This document shows, in pieces, positions 28,151 through 38,432 of a stretch of DNA of 64,000 nucleotides. The notes below the pieces were generated by a model. It did not search any database and was not told the DNA's origin. It saw nothing but the letters and a program-made list of their open reading frames with translations. The translations under genes and the position numbers were made by a program. Source of the DNA: a virus (lineage: Duplodnaviria; Caudoviricetes); IMG/VR virus record IMGVR_UViG_3300005201_000711, positions 1,436-65,435 of that record. One strand, written 5' to 3'. Each line of letters starts with the position of its first letter. The stretch's first letter is position 1.

Positions 28151-29617
28151 TTAATCTTCATAAAGGGAATCGGTATTTCCCTGGCTATCCCACAGCGCGT
28201 ACCCTGCGGAAAGGTTATCTACCTGGTCATCGTGGTTTCCAAGCGGAAAAGCCTCGATTTCCTCTAGCCAGTCCTTGAGCCACGGCGCAGACATAGGAAC
28301 ATGGACATTGCCAGCCTGAAATATCGGTTCAAGCGGGGTAGCGCGTATCACTTTATCCTTGTTTTCTGGCACTGAATACACTATCCGCTTTGATTTGAGT
28401 ATTTCCCTTAGCGTAGCAATAGCATCCTTTGAATCAACGGATCCACCAACGCCTATTTTTGTATATGGGCCGTCAAGTCTTGCTATCATCCTGATTTTTG
28501 CATCGCGTTGTGGCGCATTCTCCCTCACCCTCACCACGTCTTTAATCCAGAGATGTATCATGTTGTCCTGTATCTGAAACGCCAGCAATGTACCGGAAGT
28601 CCAGTCCGGATCTGCTTTTGTCCTTTGCTTTGCGGTATGTGCCAAGTCCCATATCCTATGCCAGCGCAGGTGCTTGGGGTATTCGGAAAGGCTTTGATGT
28701 CGCACTACGCATTCGGTATTGAGCATATTACCGCCACGCTTTTTCGGATCCAGCTGCATAAGCGAATAGAAACCGTACTCTCCCAGAACAGCCCTGCGCT
28801 GGGAGTACCATTTTTTATTAAAGCGCTCCGGAAACAATGTGCCGGAGGGGTAGCTTTCTTTCAATGCCGGAAACTTCAAAAAATTAAACCGAGGGAATTC
28901 AGGGTCATGTTTTTGGCTTTCTTTTATTCGGCCTATTATATCGTCAACGTGCCACGGCGTTGCCAATACAATGGTAATGCTCACCTCCGCGCCGCGTGTC
29001 ATAAAATCATTGGTAAAAGCGTCCCACATTTTTTCACGCATAGTCGCGGATTCTGCATCGGCACGGTTCCGGCAATAGTCATCGAGTAATCCGAGGTGAT
29101 ACCCCTGCCCGGAAAGGCTTCCCATAAGGCCGCTGCTAAAGCACTCGCCTTCATGGTCTTTAATTTTCCAGTGCGCTCCGCTGCTTGAGCCTGGATCAAT
29201 ATCTATGTTTGGAAACAGTTCTTTATAGGCTGGTGTTTTGACAAGGTTCCGGGCCGTCTTGGAAAAGCCTTCCGTAAGTTCCGTGGTATGGCCGCAGAGG
29301 ATAACGTTACAGTCCGGGAATAGACCGAGAAAGTGCGCCGGTAGTTTCCGGCTGATGATCTCGCTCTTGCCGTGCCGGAACGGAACCGTGATCACCCAAT
29401 ACGTTGATATGCCGTTTCGGAACTTCTCTATAGCGTAATCAATACACGCGCATATTTGTCTGGTATGGTATCCGACAATAAAGGGTCTGCTCTGATTAGT
29501 CCAGGTATAGGACATAAAGTTAAGATGATGATCCACGGCCTCTAATCTGCGCAGGTAGAGTAGCTTCCAGAGTTCGTCATCAGTTATATCTTTAACACCT
29601 GCTGGGGATCTTGACAC
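28151..29617 (-). CDS. Terminase large subunit
   Basis: VPFRHGKS Walker A, LLDD Walker B, TPWH.DD..GR, WDLA, FP.G.HDDQVD. Confidence 0.93.
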   Translation of the reverse strand: MSRSPAGVKDITDDELWKLLYLRRLEAVDHHLNFMSYTWTNQSRPFIVGYHTRQICACIDYAIEKFRNGISTYWVITVPFRHGKSEIISRKLPAHFLGLFPDCNVILCGHTTELTEGFSKTARNLVKTPAYKELFPNIDIDPGSSSGAHWKIKDHEGECFSSGLMGSLSGQGYHLGLLDDYCRNRADAESATMREKMWDAFTNDFMTRGAEVSITIVLATPWHVDDIIGRIKESQKHDPEFPRFNFLKFPALKESYPSGTLFPERFNKKWYSQRRAVLGEYGFYSLMQLDPKKRGGNMLNTECVVRHQSLSEYPKHLRWHRIWDLAHTAKQRTKADPDWTSGTLLAFQIQDNMIHLWIKDVVRVRENAPQRDAKIRMIARLDGPYTKIGVGGSVDSKDAIATLREILKSKRIVYSVPENKDKVIRATPLEPIFQAGNVHVPMSAPWLKDWLEEIEAFPLGNHDDQVDNLSAGYALWDSQGNTDSLYED

Positions 29618-29931
29618 TATGTTACCCGCGCCTTTTTCTTCATGCGGCTTCGGCCATAGGTATCTGTTTTAACATGGCAGTCATGGCAAAGTGTTAATCC
29701 GTTTTTTGTGTCAAACTGTAACTCCGGGGCCACAGAAAAAGGCTTTATGTGGTGCGCCTCTAACTCGGCCTTCGGAAATTTCTTTTTACAGCTTTGACAC
29801 GTAAATAGGTCTCTGGTGAATACTGCGTTTCTCCATTTCCGGTACGTTAGATCGGTAACTCGCTTTTCACCTTCAAACTCAATGCCAATACCTAAGACGT
29901 TTGTTTTTATATCGTCAAAGTATGAGGACAT
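29617..29931 (-). CDS. HNH endonuclease
   Basis: RD..TCQ.C...AHHIKP...NGLTLC..CH. Confidence 0.85.
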   Translation of the reverse strand: MSSYFDDIKTNVLGIGIEFEGEKRVTDLTYRKWRNAVFTRDLFTCQSCKKKFPKAELEAHHIKPFSVAPELQFDTKNGLTLCHDCHVKTDTYGRSRMKKKARVT

Positions 29932-30038
29932 TTATTCCAGCCTGTCCTCGTCTTTCTCGTCTATAGATTCAATTATAGACGCCATCCAGTCAATAGCCCA
30001 CATTAGCAAAAGAAACACTAAAAAGATAAATGCCATAA

Positions 30039-30548
30039 TTACTTCTCCTTCGGGGCCTTTGCCGTCTTTGGTTTTGCTGCCGTTTTCTTTGTAGATGCAA
30101 GTTCTTCCTCTGTGGAAACTTTTCCGAGGTCTATTTCTTTCTTTAGCCTTTCCGCTAATGCCATTCTTTCTTTGGGGTCATTCGGTAATTCAATCTCGCC
30201 GCTTCCCCCAAAGGTAATCTGCTGTGTCGGCTTACCCATGATTCGGTCAAGGATACTATTTGCCGCCGTCAAGGTTCCGGTTTTCATGTCGTGCAGGAAA
30301 GCCGATATACAAAGCGCAACTATTACCGGAAGTTTCTGCTTTTTTTTCGCACTGACCATATCCTCCAACTCCTCCAGCGTGTGCGTTGCAATAATAGTCG
30401 TGAAAATAGCAATGAAATCATTGCTGGAAACATTGTTCTCTTTGATCCACGCCTTCAACTGTGAAGGCTTGCGGCCACGGTTTGCGGGTTGGTACTCACT
30501 ACTGAAGCGCGTCCTCACCCCTGCCGCTAATCCATCTGATCTAGGCAT
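30039..30548 (-). CDS. Terminase small subunit (putative)
   Basis: F....P..RGR KP N-terminus, ILDR..GKP.Q motif; upstream of terL. Confidence 0.7.
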   Translation of the reverse strand: MPRSDGLAAGVRTRFSSEYQPANRGRKPSQLKAWIKENNVSSNDFIAIFTTIIATHTLEELEDMVSAKKKQKLPVIVALCISAFLHDMKTGTLTAANSILDRIMGKPTQQITFGGSGEIELPNDPKERMALAERLKKEIDLGKVSTEEELASTKKTAAKPKTAKAPKEK

Positions 30549-31203
30549 CGTTTTTCCCTCCCTGTTCTGTTTCTCCGGGGCCTGTTATTGTTAACAGTTC
30601 CGGTCTATGCAATCTTGCGTTGCCGTCAAAAGGCGGCTCCCATGTCGCGTACTTCGGATCCTGTGGTTCTCGCGGCGCGTGTCCGCTTCCTATCGAAGTA
30701 ACCGCTGCGGCAAGCATCTCCACGCCGATATCAAATAGGCGTTTCCAAAGCTGGTGGTAGTTCTCCGTGGGTGATACATGAATAAACCGCTGTGTAAAAA
30801 TATCACCGCCGTCAACGCAGTTATTGAGCCAATACACTGTGCCGGCAGTGATAGGATCCCTCATAGCAACTGTCCAGCGCACGGCATCGCGCCCTCTATG
30901 TCTTGGAAGCGCAGAGGGATGATACCCGATACCGCCGTACCGTGCGCGTTGCAGGGCTTTTTCAGAAATGAAATGGTGGCTGTGCGCTGCGACAATGAGT
31001 TCCGTATCTATAGGAATATCCTTGGACATGATTTTTTCAGCTGGTAGTAACGGTACTTTTTCCTTTACGGAAAGGATATGGGCTTTATCATAGTACTGGC
31101 CTGGTTCCGGTACAGCCGCGCCAGTGATTATGTGTCCATCCCCCAGCAGCCGCCTCAATACTGCCGCGCCGAATGAGCGTTGGCCGAAAAAAAAGATTTT
31201 CAT
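30541..31203 (-). CDS. Formyltransferase (Fmt N-terminal-domain only)
   Basis: YHPS.LP.HRG, G.TVY.L...D.GDI motifs; 220 aa, no Fmt C-terminal domain. Confidence 0.85.
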   Translation of the reverse strand: MKIFFFGQRSFGAAVLRRLLGDGHIITGAAVPEPGQYYDKAHILSVKEKVPLLPAEKIMSKDIPIDTELIVAAHSHHFISEKALQRARYGGIGYHPSALPRHRGRDAVRWTVAMRDPITAGTVYWLNNCVDGGDIFTQRFIHVSPTENYHQLWKRLFDIGVEMLAAAVTSIGSGHAPREPQDPKYATWEPPFDGNARLHRPELLTITGPGETEQGGKNDA

Positions 31204-32330
31204 TTCCCTTCCCCACGTATTCCCAGATATTTGAAACCCTGGACGGCCCGGAAGTGGCCCCCATACCCAGCGTTCATTTTCACATTTGACTTTGATGTCC
31301 GCATTATGCTTTTCTGGGACTTCACTTTATTGCCGCCGTAAAGAACAGCAGATACCTGCGTCCATTTCTTACTTCGCCGTAATGCGCCGCAGAGTTGAGG
31401 GTGCGATGTGTGGAACAGAGTAGGGTATCTATGCCCTCCGAGGCCGTTGCCGTCTAAGTGGTATTGGCAAATATAATCCAGAAACTTTGTTCCCACACCA
31501 GCCCCCTGCCACTCCGGCATCGTAACCAGCCTTGTGGCGCGATAGCATTTTATTTCAAACTTACACGCAACCGCTAAATGGCAAGCAAGTTCTCCGTCTA
31601 CCGTGCCAATAAAATACCGCGCCGCTATAGGCATTGGCAGGTCTAAATAGTAATGCGGCTTAAAATACTTCCAGTAACTTTGGTTGACCTGCTGTATTTC
31701 GAGAGTAAACTTTGGCCGTTGACGAAGCCTCCCCCTTTCGTACCTGCCGTCTTTGGTATCGAAAATCCAGTCCGGCTCAAGCCAGTCCAGGACATCATAG
31801 TGCGGAGTGAGCAGTACAATTTTCTGTCCAGTATTCCCGCGCCGCCACTGCTTCTGAAAGGCAAGGCTTCCAATTCTTGCGATCTGTCGATCAATAACGG
31901 AAGTGAACTCGTCCACCACCGCTGTATCTGGCCTACTGATACAGAGCCGGGCCAGCCCAGCCCTGAACTTCTCGCCGTTGCTCAATACTGAAAATGGCCG
32001 AAGCCAGGAGGGAACGCTACCCAGCCCTACAGAGGAGAGCGCGGAACATACCTCATCGAAGTCGCCTTCAATATCGTCAATAATAGGCTTGCTGGGATCC
32101 CACTCATTGTCGAGATTGATTATTTTGTCATCTCCGAAAATCTTTTTTCCCAGGGAGGTCTTACCGGATCCGCTGGGGCCGACAATAACGCCTATTTGCC
32201 AGTCCTCCGGGAAGTCTATCTCGGCAATAAGGTCAAAATTGCAACCATTCTCGGCATTGAAAAGGGACTTCACCCGCGCTGCGCGGTATGAATTAAAATC
32301 AGAAACTCGGTTATGTATTTCAAATCTCAT
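31200..32330 (-). CDS. ABC-type ATPase fused to a GNAT acetyltransferase
   Basis: GPSGSGKT, LSNGE, VVDEF; C-terminal RLV..PEWQG.GVG acetyl-CoA motif. Confidence 0.85.
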   Translation of the reverse strand: MRFEIHNRVSDFNSYRAARVKSLFNAENGCNFDLIAEIDFPEDWQIGVIVGPSGSGKTSLGKKIFGDDKIINLDNEWDPSKPIIDDIEGDFDEVCSALSSVGLGSVPSWLRPFSVLSNGEKFRAGLARLCISRPDTAVVDEFTSVIDRQIARIGSLAFQKQWRRGNTGQKIVLLTPHYDVLDWLEPDWIFDTKDGRYERGRLRQRPKFTLEIQQVNQSYWKYFKPHYYLDLPMPIAARYFIGTVDGELACHLAVACKFEIKCYRATRLVTMPEWQGAGVGTKFLDYICQYHLDGNGLGGHRYPTLFHTSHPQLCGALRRSKKWTQVSAVLYGGNKVKSQKSIMRTSKSNVKMNAGYGGHFRAVQGFKYLGIRGEGK

Positions 32331-32911
32331 GTTTTCACCACCCTTACGTTATAGCCCTCGCCAGCAAGTTTGGTGTATACGGCTTCCTGCTCCTTCTCGC
32401 TCTCGCAGATAACGATAACGCCGAACTGCTCCTTGTAATTGAAATCCGATTCCGATACATCGCCGGTATCGGCTGGATCCTCGCCACCGAAGGTTAGGTC
32501 ATCGAATGAAATGTTTGGGATCTCAAAATCTATGAAGTCGCAGTTGAAGTCAATGAACTCCGCTATACCTTCCTGGGTAACAGTTCCGAATTGGCTTATA
32601 CACTTGAGCAGCAGTTCTTTTGCTTCGGATTTGTTCTTGGCCTCGATGTAGACTACCGGAATAAGCGGTATGGTATAGCCCATTTCGATAAGGCGTGGAA
32701 TAGCGGCCTGCCGTCCGTGTCCGTCCAGGCAGTAATTATGCCCTTCGTTATTCCAGATAAACTCTGGAAAGGCCCAGCCGTGTTTAATAATACTGCGGCA
32801 GATTTTATCCAGCTGCTCGTCAGTCCGCTTCTTAAGCCGTCCCTGTAGCGGCTCAATCTGGTCATAGGGCAGGAAATCTGCCACTTTGCACGTTACACGT
32901 AATTCACCCAT
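32327..32911 (-). CDS. ParB/Srx-like N-terminal domain protein
   Basis: SI..HGW..P.FIW.....LDGHGR..A; start 32911 after AGGAG. Confidence 0.8.
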   Translation of the reverse strand: MGELRVTCKVADFLPYDQIEPLQGRLKKRTDEQLDKICRSIIKHGWAFPEFIWNNEGHNYCLDGHGRQAAIPRLIEMGYTIPLIPVVYIEAKNKSEAKELLLKCISQFGTVTQEGIAEFIDFNCDFIDFEIPNISFDDLTFGGEDPADTGDVSESDFNYKEQFGVIVICESEKEQEAVYTKLAGEGYNVRVVKT

Positions 32912-33179
32912 AGGTATTACTCCTACATAGGCGCGTCCGGTAACGTTCCTAAAATATAAACGGTATATCAAATATACCGCGATGTCCTTCACAACGCAAT
33001 ACTGCGTTGTCTCTCTTTTCTCATCTTCTCATTCCTTTTGTTTACTCTTTTTTCCACTGCGCTGGGTGGGAGAATAAACGCCGTTTCAGTTCCGAAATAA
33101 ACGCCGTTTTCCACGCCGTTTATTTTCCTATTTCTCTTTTGTTACCTCCTTTTTCTTTTTATTTACTTTTATATCCGGT

Positions 33180-34322
33180 TCAAAACTCAATGTCTTCTTC
33201 CGGTGGTGAAGTTGAATTGTTATTTTTCCCGCTTATCTGTTGCATATAGTCGGTAAAGGCTGGAAACTCTATCAGTTCTTCATATTTCCAGACCTTCTCC
33301 TCCTCGCTGAAAATTACAATACCTTTGCAGTTCGAGCATGACCTCTTGCCTCCCATGTCGGTTCCGCAGTGAGGACAAAGCGGCGGAGGGTTATTGCGTA
33401 ATATCTCCATAGCGCGTTCTGCATCGGCTTGTATTTGCTTGTTTTGCCAGTCCGGAAACTCATCCTGTATATTTTCCCATTTAGTCAACGCGGAAACAAA
33501 CAGCTTTTTCCGTTCCTCTTTTGGCTTACCGGAATAGATTGCTGTTATTTTCTCGGCTACAAGGTCTATTATGCTATGCCCAGCCGTGAACCATGCAGGG
33601 TCAGGAATTGAAGCCGCTATTTTCTTAGCAACTGGATCATCAATGTAAAACCCATGAGACTTCACCTTTTCTTTTATGATTATGTATAACTCTTTTGGTG
33701 GTGGTCTTTTTTTCCCCAAGTTATCCACATCAGGATTTTCAGGAAGGTCTATAGAATTACCAATAAATTCTAAATTTAATAAATTTGAATTAGAATTTAA
33801 TTGAATAATTGGGTCTCTATAGGTAGTCTCTGATAGACTATGTATAGGCTCTGATAGGCTATCATTGCCTTTGCTAGACAATGATACTGTATCCTCATTT
33901 GTCTCATTTGTATACTTTAGTTTCCTTTTCTTGAGCAGATCCTGCATAGGAAACTTGTACCCTGTAGTATACACTAAAAGAAGCTCCTCGTCCCGGAGTT
34001 GGTCAAGGTCATTGATAATCCCCTGCTTTATTTTTGGCATAGTTTCCCAGCTCTGGTGTTTCGGCCAGGAAGGGAGTATGATGTACTCCCCCATGCGGAT
34101 TGCTTTCCGCTCCGCGCCGAATCTCTCCAGAACGGTCTTTATTTTGTCCTCGTCATGGCCGGTATCAAAGCTAATCCTGCGGTCTGTGATTTTGTACACC
34201 CCGCTTATACTGGTCAAAGGGTTGGTCATAAGGTAGAGGTATATAAACTTCTCATCCGGTTCCAGCCCCTGTATCCATGCGTCATCCCAAAACGTTGTTG
34301 AAATATACCTATGCGTAGCCAT
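33180..34322 (-). CDS. Phage replication initiator (replisome organizer)
   Basis: FWDD.W...L.PDEK..YLYL.TN....GVY motif; low-complexity linker; C-terminal CxxC..CxxC. Confidence 0.8.
   Translation of the reverse strand: MATHRYISTTFWDDAWIQGLEPDEKFIYLYLMTNPLTSISGVYKITDRRISFDTGHDEDKIKTVLERFGAERKAIRMGEYIILPSWPKHQSWETMPKIKQGIINDLDQLRDEELLLVYTTGYKFPMQDLLKKRKLKYTNETNEDTVSLSSKGNDSLSEPIHSLSETTYRDPIIQLNSNSNLLNLEFIGNSIDLPENPDVDNLGKKRPPPKELYIIIKEKVKSHGFYIDDPVAKKIAASIPDPAWFTAGHSIIDLVAEKITAIYSGKPKEERKKLFVSALTKWENIQDEFPDWQNKQIQADAERAMEILRNNPPPLCPHCGTDMGGKRSCSNCKGIVIFSEEEKVWKYEELIEFPAFTDYMQQISGKNNNSTSPPEEDIEF
33760..33870. promoter_or_regulatory. Putative lambdoid-type replication origin inside the initiator gene
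   Basis: Repeats CTCTGATAG(A/G)CTAT and TATAGG next to a roughly 50-bp very AT-rich tract. Confidence 0.4.
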
Positions 34323-34343
34323 GATTTTTCCCCCTCCCTTTCC

Positions 34344-35813
34344 TTATGCGCTCATTGCAGCCAGAGACAGCCCCTTCGCTGTTCCCGGTGGCACGGCATT
34401 GCCGATTTGCTTTACCTGTTCGGCGATAGTTCCTTTGACGATATATTCCTTTGAAAAGCCCTGTCCCTGCTTAAGCTCATGCGGCTTGAGCATTCGGAAC
34501 AGGATATCCAGTCTTGCCTTGCCAGCTATACCCTCTACAAGGCCGTGGTGGTCTATACAGGTTACCGTTTTCAGCGGCTCCGTTACCGGATACCCTGGGT
34601 GGTTTCCATAAAAGTACGCAAGCAGCGCGAATCTGTCTTTTGTGGTAATGGTCGGTATAGGGTCGGATAACGGAGACACCCCGCCGTTCCCGTAGTATTC
34701 AAGGAGCAGGGGTTCAACTATTCCCCCCGCGCCGCGTGAAGTAACAGTATTCAAAGGGTCATCTATGGAACGCGCTTGGTTACCACGGAAATATCCCTCA
34801 TTCGGCAAAATGAAGGGCTGGACCAACCCGTACCGGTTCGATGTGTCCTGGGTCGGTAATGGCCTTGTTAGGCTATGGTTCTGGTTATCGCCGTCCTTCT
34901 GGCCAGAATGGTCTCCCTGGAACCGTGTTATAAAGGCCTGTGGGTATACAAGCGCGTGGTGTGCGCCGGAACAAGTAATAGCGGATAAGGGGTCATCTAT
35001 GCTTTCTACCGTTCCTGTGCCGCGCAGAATAGCCAGAAACGGCTTTGCGGCCTCTCCCCAATACCGTTCTATTCCTGCCGCTATTCTCCGCATCGTTGCC
35101 GGTGCAAGGGGCCGCTTACGGTCGAATATGGAGGTTCCGGGAATAGACCAGTCAATAATTTCTCTTGCCGGTCTCCACGGTAGATACCCCATTATGTTCT
35201 GTCCGTCCCTGTCCATGTGGGTTATTTCTGGCCAGACAATGCGCTTCCTACCCTTAACCGCTTGTATGAACAGGCGGCGGCGCGTTGTGGGATCCCCATA
35301 GTCCGCTGCGCAGAGGATCCTCCAATCCACGGTATAGCCGAGGCTCCGTAAGCTGCTTATAAAGGCACGGAAAGTTTTCCCCTTCATGCTCTGAACCGGC
35401 TTTCCGGTATCGTCCAGCGGCCCCCAGGAAAGAAACTCCGGGACGTTCTCAATAATGACGCGCTCCACATAGAGCTTAGTCAGCCACTTCAGTATTTCCC
35501 ATGCGCTGGCCCGGCTCTGGTCACTCCGTGGACGGCCACCGCGAGCTACGCTGTGGTGTGTACACTCCGGAGAAGCCCAGAGCAAATTCACCTTCCCTCC
35601 GGGAACGGCCTTTGTAGGGTCTATATGCTCTATGGATTCGCATAGGTGATCCGCATAGGGATGATTTGCCGCGTGTGTTTCTATGGCACGCGCCCAGTGA
35701 TTTATCGCGGTCAGGTGTATTTCCATACCAATCTCTGCGGCGGCTTGGAATATACCAGTGCTTTCCCCACCCGCGCCACAAAACATATCCACCACTTCAA
35801 AAGTTTTCTTCAT
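34344..35813 (-). CDS. DNA (cytosine-5) methyltransferase
   Basis: DMFCGAGG, SPECTHHS, IENV.EF, T.RRRLF, KQIGNAVPP. Confidence 0.9.
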   Translation of the reverse strand: MKKTFEVVDMFCGAGGESTGIFQAAAEIGMEIHLTAINHWARAIETHAANHPYADHLCESIEHIDPTKAVPGGKVNLLWASPECTHHSVARGGRPRSDQSRASAWEILKWLTKLYVERVIIENVPEFLSWGPLDDTGKPVQSMKGKTFRAFISSLRSLGYTVDWRILCAADYGDPTTRRRLFIQAVKGRKRIVWPEITHMDRDGQNIMGYLPWRPAREIIDWSIPGTSIFDRKRPLAPATMRRIAAGIERYWGEAAKPFLAILRGTGTVESIDDPLSAITCSGAHHALVYPQAFITRFQGDHSGQKDGDNQNHSLTRPLPTQDTSNRYGLVQPFILPNEGYFRGNQARSIDDPLNTVTSRGAGGIVEPLLLEYYGNGGVSPLSDPIPTITTKDRFALLAYFYGNHPGYPVTEPLKTVTCIDHHGLVEGIAGKARLDILFRMLKPHELKQGQGFSKEYIVKGTIAEQVKQIGNAVPPGTAKGLSLAAMSA

Positions 35814-35814
35814 T

Positions 35815-36189
35815 TTATTTTACCCCCGCAGATAAAGCCGTTTCTAAAGCCTGTTCCAATTCATACAAATACATCGGAGCGCGGCCTCCCATTCTTGGGT
35901 CATCTTCGGAATTGTTTATGTGTGTTTTGACTTCGCGGAGCAGACTTTCTACAATGGGTTTTTCTAAGAACATACCCATTATTTGTTCTTCCTGTACTAT
36001 TTTTCTCTCTGCGTCCAAGCATTCAGGAAGACGTATATATCCTCGTATTGCTGGCCCAATCGCCTCGGCTAACGGTTTATGAAAAACACCACAAAATACG
36101 GAACAAATATTATAATGATCTGTGTAAATGCCTTTGCAACACTGACACGTTATTTTCCCGCACCCAATTTCGATTACTATTTTCGCCAT
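35815..36189 (-). CDS. Hypothetical Cys-rich protein
   Basis: Coupled ORF in early/middle operon. Confidence 0.45.
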   Translation of the reverse strand: MAKIVIEIGCGKITCQCCKGIYTDHYNICSVFCGVFHKPLAEAIGPAIRGYIRLPECLDAERKIVQEEQIMGMFLEKPIVESLLREVKTHINNSEDDPRMGGRAPMYLYELEQALETALSAGVK

Positions 36190-36190
36190 G

Positions 36191-36478
36191 TTATTCCTCC
36201 TTTCCCAACACTGCAGTTTCTAGTGCAAACAATTTATATGCTTCCACAACATCTCCTTTTTGCGGCTCGTCATTCCATCCCTGATAAACATCTTCACGAG
36301 CATCAAAAATTATGTAGTAAATATCGCCATCATACTTGCGTAGTGCGTCTAATATCTCATCAAGAGTAAATTTCCAACGCCTTTTCTTAACAAGATATTT
36401 TCCTAGAGTGTCTCCAGATTCGACAGTTATGTTTTTATTCATTATAGTCGTCATCTCCTTCTCCATAACAAAGTTCAA
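36191..36478 (-). CDS. Hypothetical protein
   Basis: ORF in operon. Confidence 0.4.
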   Translation of the reverse strand: MNFVMEKEMTTIMNKNITVESGDTLGKYLVKKRRWKFTLDEILDALRKYDGDIYYIIFDAREDVYQGWNDEPQKGDVVEAYKLFALETAVLGKEE

Positions 36479-36902
36479 GAATTACTAAACCGCCTTTTGT
36501 GAAACCACACTTTTTCCATCCAGCCATTTGAAAACAGTAACCGGGATTTGTAGATTTTATTTTTTTTGAGTTTACATAGGTGTATAGTCGTTCCCTCGGC
36601 CAGCGTATCCATGCCAGTTTAACAGCTTCCGTGATAAGGGATGATGATAAAATCTTTCCCTCGTTACGGAAAATAGCGCAGTTTATTCCCTTCTGTCCGC
36701 TATCATCAATAAACTTTCGCCACACAAACAAAGCGTCTTTTTCAAAGGTAAGCAAAACCATTTTTTCACCGGGGCCGCAGAATATTTTTCTTTCCCTGCC
36801 ATCTTTGTACTTATAACAAGAGTAGTGTCGCTCATAGAGTTCAAGAGCATATTTATTGCCGTCTTTTACTGCTTCGTAATAACCGTCAAGAGGGAATAAC
36901 AT
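36435..36902 (-). CDS. Mom-like/GNAT-fold protein (possible DNA modification)
   Basis: C..FRNEG..SS.LI..A, L.TYV, NPGYCF..AGW motifs. Confidence 0.55.
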   Translation of the reverse strand: MLFPLDGYYEAVKDGNKYALELYERHYSCYKYKDGRERKIFCGPGEKMVLLTFEKDALFVWRKFIDDSGQKGINCAIFRNEGKILSSSLITEAVKLAWIRWPRERLYTYVNSKKIKSTNPGYCFQMAGWKKCGFTKGGLVILELCYGEGDDDYNE

Positions 36903-37486
36903 TATTTGCTACCTCCATAGGTATTTATTAAAATCCCAGTGCTATCTCCGCTGGCGTATCTCCGCAGGGCATGAACGACAAGCCTGTTTTCAGTACGCAG
37001 GTCAGACCTAAACTTTGCAGATTGTTTCTGACAGAAAAACTTCCCAGCTTTGTAATATATAAGGCCCCAGCCTTCAGGTATTTTATCAAGAGGGATAACT
37101 CCCCAAGGGCATACAAAATAGCGGCGGTTTCCAAGATGTTCCTTTTCAATAAGGCGTATATCAATGTGTCCTTTATCAAGTTTCAGCCTAACATTTTTCT
37201 CATTCATTGCTGCTGGGTTTATTGGTAAATGGAAAGCCCAGTATTGACACCTATATTTTTTTCTACAGTCCTTGTATTGGTCTCTCTTAAAATCTGATAA
37301 CGATACTTTTATTTCAAAAAGAATTGTATTATCTTGATTAAAAACAAGTACATCCGGTTCTTCTGCGGAGGCAGTGCTTTTATATTCGTATAGAGCAACC
37401 TTTTTACTGTACCGTTTCGCCACAGCTACGCAGAGTTCGCCGTGGGTGATGTTTTCCTTATTCCTCATCCCAAAGCCCCTTCTCAT
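36902..37486 (-). CDS. PD-(D/E)xK nuclease-fold protein (MmcB-like)
   Basis: PDVL....FEIKVS.SDF..D; P...WGL. Confidence 0.6.
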   Translation of the reverse strand: MRRGFGMRNKENITHGELCVAVAKRYSKKVALYEYKSTASAEEPDVLVFNQDNTILFEIKVSLSDFKRDQYKDCRKKYRCQYWAFHLPINPAAMNEKNVRLKLDKGHIDIRLIEKEHLGNRRYFVCPWGVIPLDKIPEGWGLIYYKAGKFFCQKQSAKFRSDLRTENRLVVHALRRYASGDSTGILINTYGGSK

Positions 37487-38432
37487 TCTCTATACGTTGT
37501 TCAGCTATTTTCACATACTCCGGGTTTATCTCGCAGCCGATGTACCTCCGCAAATTCTTTTTTGCTACTATCGCCGTGGTTCCGCTCCCCATAAATGGAT
37601 CCAAGACAATACCATTTTCAGGGCAACCGCAAAGTATACAGGGGAGAATTAACCGCTGCGGGAACATTGCAAAATGTTCTTCTTCAGAAGCTACAGTTCC
37701 GATCTTCCAAACATCGTGTCTATTACGATATTCGCCGTTATACCGGATATCATCTCTGTCCAATCTATGATTAGATATTTTCCCTGGACACACCCCTTCA
37801 ATACCGTGTTTTTTTATTACCCTTTTGAAAGACGTTGATGCGTTCTTGCAAGTTTGCATGGCAAGTTCTTTGTTATAATCATTTGCGAAATAATACCTTG
37901 CTGATTTGCTTAACAGAAAAAGATATTCATGTGCTCTTGTACATCGATCAGTAACGCTTTCAGGCATAGGATTCGGCTTATACCAGATAATATCTTGACG
38001 GAGATACCAACCGTCTTCACGGAGCGCAAAGGCAAGCATCCAGGGTATGCCGATTAAATCTTTTGGCTTTGCGTTACCCCATGTAGTTTTTGCCACATTT
38101 GTTTTCCCCAGCATTTCCTTATTAGTACCCTGTTTCGCTCTCATTGCGCTTTCGGTATGTGTCGCGCTTCCCTTGCCACTACCAGCATAACTATCGGCAA
38201 TAACTACCCATAATGTGCCGTTAGAATGTAATACGCGCTTTACCTCTTGGAATACAGCAATAAGTTTTTCTATGTATTCCTGCGGTGTTTTTTCCAGACC
38301 AATTTGATTGTCAATTCCATAATCCCTCAACCCATAGTAGGGAGGCGATGTTACGCAATAGTCTACCGAATTATCAGGAAGCGTTTTTAGAGTATCTAAA
38401 TTATTGCCGGGCAAGATGCAGTTATATATCAT
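37458..38432 (-). CDS. Amino (N4-C/N6-A) DNA methyltransferase, beta class
   Basis: TSPPYY, W.KPNP.P, H.A.FP, VLDPF.GSGTT, G.E.N..Y. Confidence 0.9.
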   Translation of the reverse strand: MIYNCILPGNNLDTLKTLPDNSVDYCVTSPPYYGLRDYGIDNQIGLEKTPQEYIEKLIAVFQEVKRVLHSNGTLWVVIADSYAGSGKGSATHTESAMRAKQGTNKEMLGKTNVAKTTWGNAKPKDLIGIPWMLAFALREDGWYLRQDIIWYKPNPMPESVTDRCTRAHEYLFLLSKSARYYFANDYNKELAMQTCKNASTSFKRVIKKHGIEGVCPGKISNHRLDRDDIRYNGEYRNRHDVWKIGTVASEEEHFAMFPQRLILPCILCGCPENGIVLDPFMGSGTTAIVAKKNLRRYIGCEINPEYVKIAEQRIENEKGLWDEE

